From positions 1 to 34,766 of the forward strand of contig JAGGYF010000034.1 of assembly GCA_021162685.1 (NCBI GenBank): a stretch of DNA of 34,766 bases, in the 5' to 3' direction. Below, piece by piece: positions 19,622 through 28,710 of this stretch. A program made the translations under genes and the position numbers. The notes under the pieces were generated by a model. The model worked only from the letters and a program-made list of their open reading frames with translations, searched no databases and had not been told where the DNA came from. Every line of letters begins with the position of its first letter. The first letter of the stretch is position 1. Source of the DNA: Candidatus Iainarchaeum sp. (GTDB lineage: Archaea > B1Sed10-29 > WALL01).

Positions 19622-20818
19622 ATGCAAGATATTTTTGAACTTGAGATGAAAAAGCCAACCATATTCCAGGATAGAAATGTTCTTAGTCCTCATTACATAC
19701 CAGAGCATTTACCATACAGAGATAAGGAGATAGAAAAGATTATGAAAATCCTGGCTCCAGCGCTTTCTCAGAAGAGACCAAATAACCTGTTCATATATGG
19801 GAAGCCAGGTACAGGAAAAACTGCAAGCACAAAACATGTACTTGATAGGTTGGAGCGAGTCAAAGAAAAGTATGGTGCAAAGGTAGAGAGCCTATACATC
19901 AACTGCAGAGTACATAACACAAAGTACCAAGTGCTCTTAAAATGTGCTGAAACATGTTACCCAAACGAAAATTTCATGGGACATGCTGCAACCCACCTAT
20001 ATGAGAAGTTTTTAAAATATGTTGAGAAGAATGGTTTGGTTTACATTGTTGTCTTGGATGAGATAGATAAGGTCAAGGACCTTGATGAACTATTATACTC
20101 ACTAACAAGAGCTAATGATGAACTTGAAGGAGGGCATATAGGTATCATTGGTATCTCAAACAATGTAACATTTAAGGAGCGTATTGATCCTAGGAGTAAA
20201 TCAACACTATGCCAGGAGGAGATGGTTTTTGCTCCGTATAATGCTGTCCAACTTGAAAGCATACTGAAAGAGAGGGCAGAGATAGGTTTTAAGCAAAATA
20301 TGTGTGACGACTCCGCAATATCACTAGCAGCAGCATATGCTGCGCAGGAATCTGGTGACGCGAGATATGCTCTTAAACTGTTGTTGAAAGCAGGGGAGAT
20401 CGCTGATGAACATCATGAAAGGGTTACTGATGAACATGTGAAAAAGGCTAGAAGCATTGTTGAAGAGGACATCGTTCTTGAGCTCATATCCACACTCCCT
20501 GACCATCAGTCCATTGTTCTGTATGCAATTGCAACATTAACAGAGGAAGGAGGGCACTATGCAAGGCTTGGTGAGGAATCATCAGAACCTGTGCTTTTCT
20601 CAGGAGAGGTATATGAGAGATATGAGAAGATATGCAAACAATGGAAGATGAATGCGAGAAGCGCGAGATGGTACCGTGAGTATTTAAATGAATTAGAGAT
20701 GCTTGGGCTGATAACAACAACAATATCAGGGCCAGGGATAAGAGGAAATACAAGGCTTATTCGTCTAGCTCTACCAACAAAAAAGGTGAAAGAGGCAGTT
20801 GAAAAGAAATTTGCATAG
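19622..20818 (+). CDS. cdc6: Orc1/Cdc6 replication initiator
   Basis: YIPEHLPYRD, GKPGTGKT, YINC, LDEID, FAPYNA, GDARYAL, C-terminal winged helix; ATG 19622 (GTG 19613 alternative). Confidence 0.96.
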   Translation: MQDIFELEMKKPTIFQDRNVLSPHYIPEHLPYRDKEIEKIMKILAPALSQKRPNNLFIYGKPGTGKTASTKHVLDRLERVKEKYGAKVESLYINCRVHNTKYQVLLKCAETCYPNENFMGHAATHLYEKFLKYVEKNGLVYIVVLDEIDKVKDLDELLYSLTRANDELEGGHIGIIGISNNVTFKERIDPRSKSTLCQEEMVFAPYNAVQLESILKERAEIGFKQNMCDDSAISLAAAYAAQESGDARYALKLLLKAGEIADEHHERVTDEHVKKARSIVEEDIVLELISTLPDHQSIVLYAIATLTEEGGHYARLGEESSEPVLFSGEVYERYEKICKQWKMNARSARWYREYLNELEMLGLITTTISGPGIRGNTRLIRLALPTKKVKEAVEKKFA

Positions 20819-20912
20819 TTTTTAAATGTTGCGTAAGCTTACACATAGTTGACGAAATTAATTTATATGGAAGTGCACACAATAATATCCCTTATTTTCG
20901 CGAGGTGTTTTG

Positions 20913-21068
20913 ATGAGAAGGAATGTCATGATAAAGATGGCTCTGCAGAAATATAGAAATGGTGAAATCAGTCTTGCTGGTGCTGCGAGGATGCTTGACA
21001 TGGATATGCACGAATTCTTATACTATCTAAATGAATTACAGAAGGAGACTGTATTTACAAAACATTAG
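20913..21068 (+). CDS. UPF0175-family small HTH protein (51 aa)
   Basis: Manual translation MRRNVMIKMALQKYRNGEISLAGAARMLDMDMHEFLYYLNELQKETVFTKH; GAGGTG SD; not in the ORF track. Confidence 0.8.
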   Translation: MRRNVMIKMALQKYRNGEISLAGAARMLDMDMHEFLYYLNELQKETVFTKH

Positions 21069-21433
21069 CATGTCACATGCATCAATGCTGTGACCTTTGG
21101 TTTCCTCTTCTTTGACATAAGTTCATTATATCGCTTTATTGCATCTGGTGTCTTTATCTCCTCTACCTTTATTTTCATCTCTTTTAACATCTTTCTTCCT
21201 TCGTCTGTTAGGTGCGCAATACCATATTGTCCTGTACCTAAAATGAATATCTTTGTGTCATCATCTATTATCCTTGAAAGTTCCTCTGGGCCTATTTTAT
21301 GGCTTGTTCCGTATATTGAATCTGGGATGGAGTAATCCCTTTTCTCAGCTGTTCCATCAGTATGGACAATTATGTCACAGCTATACACAACGTTGTTGTA
21401 TTTTATTTTTCCAAATGTTGTCCACTGAAACAT
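21065..21433 (-). CDS. Mth938-like (DUF498/DUF598) domain protein
   Basis: FGKIKY...DIIV, SH, ILGTGQYG, TPDAIKRYN, ALMHVTC. Confidence 0.9.
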   Translation of the reverse strand: MFQWTTFGKIKYNNVVYSCDIIVHTDGTAEKRDYSIPDSIYGTSHKIGPEELSRIIDDDTKIFILGTGQYGIAHLTDEGRKMLKEMKIKVEEIKTPDAIKRYNELMSKKRKPKVTALMHVTC

Positions 21434-21437
21434 ATAA

Positions 21438-22031
21438 TCACTTCAATGCATTGGCTATTATCTCTCCGAACTGCTTTGCTGCATGAGGTCCATTTGCTGT
21501 TATAATATTTCCATCAACAACAACATTTTGATTTATGTATGTTCCTCCTCCCTCTTCTATTAGTTTAGCAAATTGGCCGTTTCCATTCCATATCGTTGCC
21601 TTTTTTCCTGAGAGGATGCCTGCCTTTGCGAGAATGCCTGGCGCAATACATATGGCTGCAACGGGCTTTCCACTGCTAAAAAATGCTCTTGCTATATCGT
21701 GTGCTTTCTTATTCTCGTAGTATATGGACGCACCAGAGCCACCGACAAAGACAACAGTATCATAGTTATCTGGATTTATCTCATCTATTGTTGTCTCAAC
21801 ATTGTATGTTGCTCCTAGCATACCATGTGCCACTCCTTTAGATATGCTTGCTACTGTTACATTTATGCCTGCATCCTCAAGTGCCTTCTTTGTATCAAAC
21901 AATTCCTCATCCCTAAAATTTTCAAATGCTATGACCATAACCACAGATTTCCCCATTGCTCTTCCCTCCTCGTTATTTTGCATTGTGCATCCTACTATCA
22001 TCAATATCAGCAGCAGAACGAACAATCGCAT
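21438..22031 (-). CDS. DJ-1/PfpI family protein with a lipoprotein signal peptide
   Basis: FRDEE, FVGGSG, AAICIAP nucleophile elbow, ITANGP; N-terminus MRLFVLLLILMIVGC. Confidence 0.9.
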   Translation of the reverse strand: MRLFVLLLILMIVGCTMQNNEEGRAMGKSVVMVIAFENFRDEELFDTKKALEDAGINVTVASISKGVAHGMLGATYNVETTIDEINPDNYDTVVFVGGSGASIYYENKKAHDIARAFFSSGKPVAAICIAPGILAKAGILSGKKATIWNGNGQFAKLIEEGGGTYINQNVVVDGNIITANGPHAAKQFGEIIANALK

Positions 22032-22050
22032 ATTTTATAGATATACTTTG

Positions 22051-24186
22051 TTATTTAAAATCTATAATCCTTCTCTGTCTGTTTTTTATCTTTTTTGCAT
22101 CTACTTTCTCTCCCAACTGTTTCTTGAGAGAGGCTGCTACTCCTGGTCCAACAACATCTGCTATCTTTTGTACTGGCATCCTTTTCAGTTGAGCCAGACT
22201 CTTGATGGAATGATTGAATAGCCTCCTTGCTCTAACCCTTCCAATGCCTTTGAGTTCAACCAGAGGCAGCAGTTCTTCCTTTACTCCATACTGCATTCTT
22301 CTTCTCAAGTAATTCAATGTAGGAATGTATCTCTTTGTGTTGCTTATCTTTGCAAGCTCAATAGCACTGTATATGAGCCAATCCATGTTTTGTAGCTTTT
22401 GTCTCAGTATGCCTGGTGCAATATTGTACTTACTCATTATATCGTCTTCATGCATCTCCTCTATCCAATCATTAAATAGCAATGTTGTTTTGTACTTATC
22501 AATAAAATTATAATGTTCATAACCTATGCTTGCTATATCTATTCCTATCTCTTTTTCATGGAGATACGCACTCCTCCATAGGTCAACTTCCTCCTTTCTT
22601 CTTGCAGACAGATATGGTTTCATCTCCTCTGTATCAACAAGCATATATATGATGCCCAATGTCCCCATTGTTCTGTTTTTCATAGCATCCATCATCCTAT
22701 ACGCAGAAAGAGGATCTATATACAGCTCAGAAACCCTTCTGCCGATCTCAGTTGCTATGAGTTTGCTTCCAGAGATAAGAACAAATCCCATATCAATAAG
22801 GTCATTAATAATGCTCTGTGCCTGTCTCATAATAGTATCTAGCTCCCCATGCTGGAATGCATAGAACGTGTTCATGAAAAACTCTTCAAGTTTCTGTTTT
22901 GTTGGAGTAAAGCCTATTGCTATACTGGCAAGTGTTTGCATCCTGAGTACTGGCTCAAAACCTAACTGCGAATAAACCTTTTCTGGTATCCCATTGATAT
23001 ACGTCTCCCAATAGCTCTGCTTCTCAGATAAGTCTTTTGCTATGATAACTGCAAGCCCCTCCTTGCTATATGTTGGCCTACCTGCTCTACCAGCCATCTG
23101 AATATACTCCCTAACAGGAATATTTACTATGCCGTTCACTCCATATCTTGTCATGTCCCTTATCACTACTGTGTCTGCGGGTAGATTCACACCAAGTGCA
23201 AGTGTTGGTGTTGCAACAATAACTCTTATCTTGTTTGACTTGAATGCTTGCTCCACGATATCTCTCTGCTTCTTAACAAGCCCTGCATGGTGAAAGGCTA
23301 CCCCGTCTCTAAAACAGGCAGCCAATCGCTTACATTGCTTTGTTGGTATCTCCAATGCATGCTCAATGTCTTCTGCCAATTCGTTCAGTTCATCTTTATT
23401 GATGTAAGCTCTTGTTATCCTCCTAAGTCGCTCTGCTTCTGCCTCTGCTCCCTTTCTCGTATTTACGAAGACCAATGCATTATGTCCATTTGATAATTCA
23501 TAATCACATATCTGCATAGTTGGTGTCTTCTCCTCTGCCTTGACCTCTATTGTTCCCTCTGTCGTCTCTATTATTCCATCAAAATACACGCCCTTAATGA
23601 GCTTTGTTGGTCGCCAATTGCTTTCCACACGTTCTGCTCCAAGCCATTTTGCTATCTCATCCATATTTGGAATCGTTGCGCTTAATCCAATAATCTGAAC
23701 ATGTGGAAACAGATGTTTGAACCTAGATATGATTGTCTCAAGGATTGCTCCTCTATCAGAATCAATGAGGTGAATTTCGTCTGCTATGAGCAGCCCAACA
23801 AATGGTATAAATGTTGCCTTGTGTCTCATTAACGAATCCAACTTCTCATATGATGTCACAATAATATCATATCGTTCAAGCCATCTGTCACTTGAATCAT
23901 AATCGCCAATAGAGAGCGCAATTTTTAGCCCCATCTTCTCATATTTCTTGAATGTTTGATAATGTTCTGATGCCAATGCTCTAAGGGGGCAGGTGTAAAC
24001 CACTTTTTTTCCTTTCCTCACACATTCTAGTGCAGCGAGTTCTGCGATTAGTGTTTTCCCAGAACCAGTAGGGGAGGATACTACAAGATTTGCACTATTT
24101 TCTATAAACCTTGTTTCCAGTGCCTTTTTCTGTACAGGATTTAATTGTGTTATCCCAGTGTCCTGCACAATTTCAGGTAATCGCAT
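22051..24186 (-). CDS. hel308: Ski2-like ATP-dependent DNA helicase Hel308/Hjm
   Basis: LNPVQ, PTGSGKT, DEIH, LSAT, FHHAGL, QMAGRAGRP, GIGRVRARRL, C-terminal PIP-like QRRIIDF. Confidence 0.95.
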   Translation of the reverse strand: MRLPEIVQDTGITQLNPVQKKALETRFIENSANLVVSSPTGSGKTLIAELAALECVRKGKKVVYTCPLRALASEHYQTFKKYEKMGLKIALSIGDYDSSDRWLERYDIIVTSYEKLDSLMRHKATFIPFVGLLIADEIHLIDSDRGAILETIISRFKHLFPHVQIIGLSATIPNMDEIAKWLGAERVESNWRPTKLIKGVYFDGIIETTEGTIEVKAEEKTPTMQICDYELSNGHNALVFVNTRKGAEAEAERLRRITRAYINKDELNELAEDIEHALEIPTKQCKRLAACFRDGVAFHHAGLVKKQRDIVEQAFKSNKIRVIVATPTLALGVNLPADTVVIRDMTRYGVNGIVNIPVREYIQMAGRAGRPTYSKEGLAVIIAKDLSEKQSYWETYINGIPEKVYSQLGFEPVLRMQTLASIAIGFTPTKQKLEEFFMNTFYAFQHGELDTIMRQAQSIINDLIDMGFVLISGSKLIATEIGRRVSELYIDPLSAYRMMDAMKNRTMGTLGIIYMLVDTEEMKPYLSARRKEEVDLWRSAYLHEKEIGIDIASIGYEHYNFIDKYKTTLLFNDWIEEMHEDDIMSKYNIAPGILRQKLQNMDWLIYSAIELAKISNTKRYIPTLNYLRRRMQYGVKEELLPLVELKGIGRVRARRLFNHSIKSLAQLKRMPVQKIADVVGPGVAASLKKQLGEKVDAKKIKNRQRRIIDFK

Positions 24187-24235
24187 ACATAATGTTTTAG
24201 TTAGCCTTTTATTTATGATGTTCGTTATTCATCTG

Positions 24236-24760
24236 ATGAAAAAGGATGATGCTGTTGATTGGGTGATTGATAGATACAAGGAAGGAATGAGCCATCAGCA
24301 GATCAGATTGAAGTTAATAGAAGCTGGTTATAAGGAAAAGCAGATAGAGCGATTGTTCATAAAAGCATTTGAAAAGACACGAAAACATCCTGTGAAGGAA
24401 AAGGAGGTCCCATTTCTTAGAAGATATGGTATCTCATTCTTCGTTGGCGGCATATTTGGATTGCTGTTTATGCTCATATCCGATGGTAAGATAAATCTCA
24501 TTTCAACAATTGGTTGTTTGCTTGCTGGGATTTTTAGTCATAGGATAATCATGTTAAAGAAAACAGACATAAGATACGAGTTTTTTGAACAACTGAATTT
24601 TGTGTTGCGGTCTGGTCTTGTGGTTGGATTTGTATATTGGTTTATCTTCCTTTTAGTTAACCAGCCAACAACCTATATGATTATCTGGCTTGTCCTCTTC
24701 GTGTTTATTGGAGCAGTGGGTGCTGGTCTCAGTTATATAATTGGGCATAAAGCAATTTAG
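24236..24760 (+). CDS. Four-TM membrane protein with an N-terminal G-x5-I-x3-L-x3-GY helical domain
   Basis: Start MKKDDAV avoids overlap with hel308; soluble helical N-terminus followed by four hydrophobic segments. Confidence 0.7.
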   Translation: MKKDDAVDWVIDRYKEGMSHQQIRLKLIEAGYKEKQIERLFIKAFEKTRKHPVKEKEVPFLRRYGISFFVGGIFGLLFMLISDGKINLISTIGCLLAGIFSHRIIMLKKTDIRYEFFEQLNFVLRSGLVVGFVYWFIFLLVNQPTTYMIIWLVLFVFIGAVGAGLSYIIGHKAI

Positions 24761-24936
24761 AATACGTGGTGATAAATAGCATTTTATACAAAAAATAAAA
24801 ATAAACTAGTAAGAATATCTCAAGAACTAGGAAAACTAGTTTTTAATCTTTTGTTTTTACCTCTGAGCTGGCAACTCCACAAAGATTTGGATTACCGGGC
24901 ATAAACATTTATATGCATAAAGAACATTAGTTCATC

Positions 24937-25164
24937 ATGGCGCCTTGGTGGGCATGGATCATCAGTTGGCTAACAAATGTTATAGTCATTAGTATTATTG
25001 TTGCCATTATAGATATGAAAGAAAACTACATAATTGAGAGGCTTCCATGGGCTGGCTTCTTTCTGGCGTTTGTTATACCCACAGTGTTTGAATTAATATG
25101 TTGGTGGGGAGAAAACAAGCCATTCATGGAGCTACTTGTTCCTGGATTTAGATTATTGTATTAA
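24937..25164 (+). CDS. Small two-TM membrane protein (hypothetical)
   Basis: TTTATATG TATA about 20 nt upstream; two hydrophobic helices; 4-nt tail-to-tail overlap with the next gene. Confidence 0.6.
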   Translation: MAPWWAWIISWLTNVIVISIIVAIIDMKENYIIERLPWAGFFLAFVIPTVFELICWWGENKPFMELLVPGFRLLY

Positions 25165-25802
25165 CCGCCTGCCCACTGGAGCAATGTTTTCATTGCCTCT
25201 ATCTTTCTTATCAGTTGGTCTCTTTTATCAATAAGCTTCTTCTTTTCTGTCTCTGCGAGATCTCTTGTGAATTGCATCCTTGCCTCAACCTCTTTCTTCA
25301 TGCCTTCTCTTCTCTTCCCTATTTCTGATGTCCTTGCTTCATGTAATCTCAATCTATACTCCTTATCTTTTATGAAAAGTTTTAATCGTTTCCTCCATTC
25401 CTTCCTATGAATAAGATGCATTGGTGGCTCTACAAGTTCGTATGTTTCCCTATATGTTGGATCAGCAAGTAACCTGGCATGATGCTCCCAATACAATGGG
25501 TCTGTTATCCTCTTCAAGACATCTGTCACCTTGTTTGTCTGTAGCTCTTTGTGTCTCTTCCTCCATTCTTTAATCTGTTTGTTTATGTCCTTGAGTTTCT
25601 CCTCTGCCTCTTCTATCTGTTTCTCAAGCCTCCTCTTTGTTGGATAGATGAGTTTTGGCCAGTGACCCTTCATTTCTCCTATTTTTATAATGCCGCCTGA
25701 TTCCAAGTATACCTTTATTGCATTAACCCTCTCATTATAATCAATAGCCCAATTTGCTGGGAGATATCGCTTAAACTCCTCAAAATTCCCTATTGTCTTC
25801 AT
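25161..25802 (-). CDS. Hypothetical basic coiled-coil protein
   Basis: 213-aa ORF with native-looking codon use, K/R/E-rich heptads and a W/Y/H-rich core (WPKLIYPT, DPLYWEH). Confidence 0.75.
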   Translation of the reverse strand: MKTIGNFEEFKRYLPANWAIDYNERVNAIKVYLESGGIIKIGEMKGHWPKLIYPTKRRLEKQIEEAEEKLKDINKQIKEWRKRHKELQTNKVTDVLKRITDPLYWEHHARLLADPTYRETYELVEPPMHLIHRKEWRKRLKLFIKDKEYRLRLHEARTSEIGKRREGMKKEVEARMQFTRDLAETEKKKLIDKRDQLIRKIEAMKTLLQWAGG

Positions 25803-25862
25803 TAATATGGATTAATCAAAAAGGTATTATAAACCTTTGCTGTAAAAGATAGTGGTGTAACT

Positions 25863-26189
25863 ATGATGCCCATGAATCCAAAACAAATGGAAAAGATGAT
25901 GGCACAGCTTGGAATAAAACATAAACCAATAAACGCAACAGAGGTTATCATAAGGATGGATGGAAAAGAGATTGTCATTAAGAATCCGAAGGTTACTGAG
26001 GTGACGATGCAGGGCATCAAAACATTTCAAGTTGTTGGAGATATTGAGGAGAGAGAAAGACAGCCTTTCACAGAAGAAGACGTATCACTCATAATGGAAC
26101 AGGTTGGTTGCTCAGAGGAGGAAGCAGTAGCTGCGCTAAAAAAACATAAGGGAGATATCGCAGAAGCAATCATGGAACTTCAAGATTAG
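25863..26189 (+). CDS. nac: Nascent polypeptide-associated complex protein
   Basis: MNPKQMEKMMAQLGI, EVII...NPKV, FQVVG, C-terminal UBA domain GDIAEAIMEL. Confidence 0.95.
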   Translation: MMPMNPKQMEKMMAQLGIKHKPINATEVIIRMDGKEIVIKNPKVTEVTMQGIKTFQVVGDIEERERQPFTEEDVSLIMEQVGCSEEEAVAALKKHKGDIAEAIMELQD

Positions 26190-27267
26190 GTTCTTTAACA
26201 GAGCCGTACAAAGAAACTATGTCCCCAAACAATGTTTGTATGAGTAAATCAACTGTTACATTCCCTTCTGTTTCATTATACACTTTTTTATCCTTTAATG
26301 TGGAGAACAATGAGACATTGTATTTTGTTCCATTCACCTCAACAATATCTGGAATCCTGATATCTGCAAGGTAATATGTATCAACAACAGGATATGAGAA
26401 AGATGCCTCAAACAGTGGGTTTTCATAATCTGTTTTGAGTATGAAATATGTTTTATTCTGTTCCTTCATTCTTTTAACATCCACATTATATCCATTGCTC
26501 TCCTCAAATGTTCTCTCAAACACTGTCTTGTTTGTGCTATTCTCTACCTCTATCTCCACAACCTTCTCTGTTATGTTCTCAATCGTTCCGTTTACCTCTG
26601 CCTTTACTATCTCATAAGAGGGCATATACTGCCGATATGACTCAACGGCCACAATCTTTTTTATCTTCCCCTCAGATACTTCCATTTCTACATCACATTT
26701 CGTTTTCTCAAGAGGCTTTGTAAAAGGATAGACTATCCCTTTCACACTGGACTTGCTACTTATGTCCATTGTTTTATCATCCAGTACTACCTTGTCTGGG
26801 AGTTGTAATAATGCTGTTGCCACTATTGGAGAAGCAAGTTTGATGCCCTTGAATGATATTATCTTTCCTGCTTTATAACTTACATATTCTAATGATGAAG
26901 AAGAATTGCATTCTATAACAAAATCATACCTGTATAATCCTTCGCTTCCCTCATTCTCTGTCCTTGTTATGTTAACAGATTTTACTCCATCTATTGCTAG
27001 AAGTGCTTGCTCTATTTCTTTTCTATTCCCATAGTCAGAAACACCTATAGCAAACAATTGAGGATACATCTCAACAATAGTACAGTTTGTCCTCGCATAA
27101 TACTTCTCAATAGGTGTAAACACTGTTGGTGGAGCAGTGTTCTCTCCAACGTCTTTATTCTCAGTCTGGTGCTGTCTTGCGATCATAGATGCAATTGGAC
27201 CAGCAATTCCTATCACAAGAAGAACAGTGATGATTATCAGTTGTGTCCTTGATACCATAAAAACCAC
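26170..27267 (-). CDS. N-terminally anchored extracellular protein with an internally duplicated domain
   Basis: TM at about residues 9-29; many NxS/T sequons; ALLQLPDKVVLDDKTMDIS resembles ADIRIPDIVEVNGTKYNVS. Confidence 0.65.
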   Translation of the reverse strand: MVFMVSRTQLIIITVLLVIGIAGPIASMIARQHQTENKDVGENTAPPTVFTPIEKYYARTNCTIVEMYPQLFAIGVSDYGNRKEIEQALLAIDGVKSVNITRTENEGSEGLYRYDFVIECNSSSSLEYVSYKAGKIISFKGIKLASPIVATALLQLPDKVVLDDKTMDISSKSSVKGIVYPFTKPLEKTKCDVEMEVSEGKIKKIVAVESYRQYMPSYEIVKAEVNGTIENITEKVVEIEVENSTNKTVFERTFEESNGYNVDVKRMKEQNKTYFILKTDYENPLFEASFSYPVVDTYYLADIRIPDIVEVNGTKYNVSLFSTLKDKKVYNETEGNVTVDLLIQTLFGDIVSLYGSVKEPNLEVP

Positions 27268-27348
27268 CAGAGATTAGTTATAGGGATATAAAGGTTTAAA
27301 TAGGATGGGGTTTAGAAACTATGCACTGGCTTCTGGAGTTGATTATAT

Positions 27349-28017
27349 ATGCCAAAAGAAGGGGATTTTGTAGTTATAGACTATACAGTAAGTACAAATG
27401 GAAAGGTCTTTGATACAACAAAGGAGGATGTTGCAAAAAGCAATAATATCTTCCAAGAGGGTAGAACATATAGGCCTCTTGCTGTGTGCATTGGTGCAGG
27501 CGATGTTATTGTTGGTCTTGAGAAGGTACTGAAAGACGTTAAGAAGGGGGATAAAAAGGCATTCACAGTTGAACCAAAGGAGGCATATGGAGAAAGAAAC
27601 CCAGAACTCATAAAGATTGTTCCCCTGAAGGCATTCCAGGACAATAAAATAAATCCTGTTCCGGGTATGGTCCTTGATATAGATGGTATGCCAGCACGCA
27701 TACAGTCTGTGTCAGGCGGAAGGGTCAGAGTAGATTTCAATCATGAGCTTGCTGGAAAAACCCTTGAGTTTAGCATTGAGGTCATTGATGTATTAACAAA
27801 GCCTGAAGATAAGGTAAAGGCACTTGCCTCAAACTTCTTTGAGGAAGGCAGTGTTGATATCAAGGTAGAGGGAGACAAGGTAATAGTCAAACCAAAGAGG
27901 GAGCTGCTGAGGAAAAGGAATTACCCAGAAGCAAAACAGTTATTTATTGCTCATACTCTAACCAAGATAAAGGAGATAAAAGCAGTAGAATTCGTAGAAA
28001 CCTATGAAAAAGAGTAA
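27349..28017 (+). CDS. slyD: FKBP-type peptidyl-prolyl isomerase (long archaeal SlyD-like)
   Basis: GDFVVIDYT, VFDTT, PKEAYGER, GGRVRVDFNHELAGKTL. Confidence 0.92.
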   Translation: MPKEGDFVVIDYTVSTNGKVFDTTKEDVAKSNNIFQEGRTYRPLAVCIGAGDVIVGLEKVLKDVKKGDKKAFTVEPKEAYGERNPELIKIVPLKAFQDNKINPVPGMVLDIDGMPARIQSVSGGRVRVDFNHELAGKTLEFSIEVIDVLTKPEDKVKALASNFFEEGSVDIKVEGDKVIVKPKRELLRKRNYPEAKQLFIAHTLTKIKEIKAVEFVETYEKE

Positions 28018-28078
28018 GGTATTTAAAGGGGTAGGATAATAAAGTAATGCTTGTTTTTTGTGTTAAAGGTGGAGATTA

Positions 28079-28687
28079 ATGGATATGAGCGCTGAAACAA
28101 AGAAGGGTACAACAACAATAGGGCTTTTGTGCAGTGACGGTGTTGTCCTTGCTGCTGAGACAAGGGCCACAATGGGGAACCTGATAGCAAATAAGCACGT
28201 TGAAAAGGTATTTAAGATACAGGATCACATAGGCCTTACTACTGCAGGGGCAGTAGCAGATGCACAGAAGCTTGTTAGGATAATGCAGGTTGAAACCAAC
28301 CTATACCAAATAGAAAGAAAAGGACCTATTGAGGTTGAAGCAGCTGTAACACTGTTATCAAACATACTTCATGCTAACAAGTTTTTCCCTTATTATGTCC
28401 AGTTATTGATGGGTGGATATGACACAAAACCAAGACTATATTCTCTTGATGCAATTGGCTCCTCATTACCAGAAAAGGTTGTAGCGACTGGGTCTGGCTC
28501 TCCATTTGCATATGGTGTGCTTGAACAAAGTTATAAGGAGAATAAAAGTGTTAAGGAGAATGTAAAGGTTGCAGTACATGCATTAAAAGCAGCAATGGAA
28601 AGAGATGCAATGTCTGGAAATGGAATGAATGTTGTCACAATCACAAAAGAAGGTTACAAGAAGGTTGACATTTCAAAGATAATCTAA
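28079..28687 (+). CDS. psmB: 20S proteasome beta subunit
   Basis: Propeptide ...KG|TTTIG, AAETRAT, TAGAVADAQ, ATGSGS, ERDAMSG. Confidence 0.96.
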   Translation: MDMSAETKKGTTTIGLLCSDGVVLAAETRATMGNLIANKHVEKVFKIQDHIGLTTAGAVADAQKLVRIMQVETNLYQIERKGPIEVEAAVTLLSNILHANKFFPYYVQLLMGGYDTKPRLYSLDAIGSSLPEKVVATGSGSPFAYGVLEQSYKENKSVKENVKVAVHALKAAMERDAMSGNGMNVVTITKEGYKKVDISKII

Positions 28688-28710
28688 ACCCAGCCACTAG
28701 GAGGATTTAG

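Noticed and set aside
19527-20912. Replication origin next to cdc6
   Set aside because: The flanking gaps are under 100 nt and I found no ORB-like TCCA..GGAA/G-string repeats
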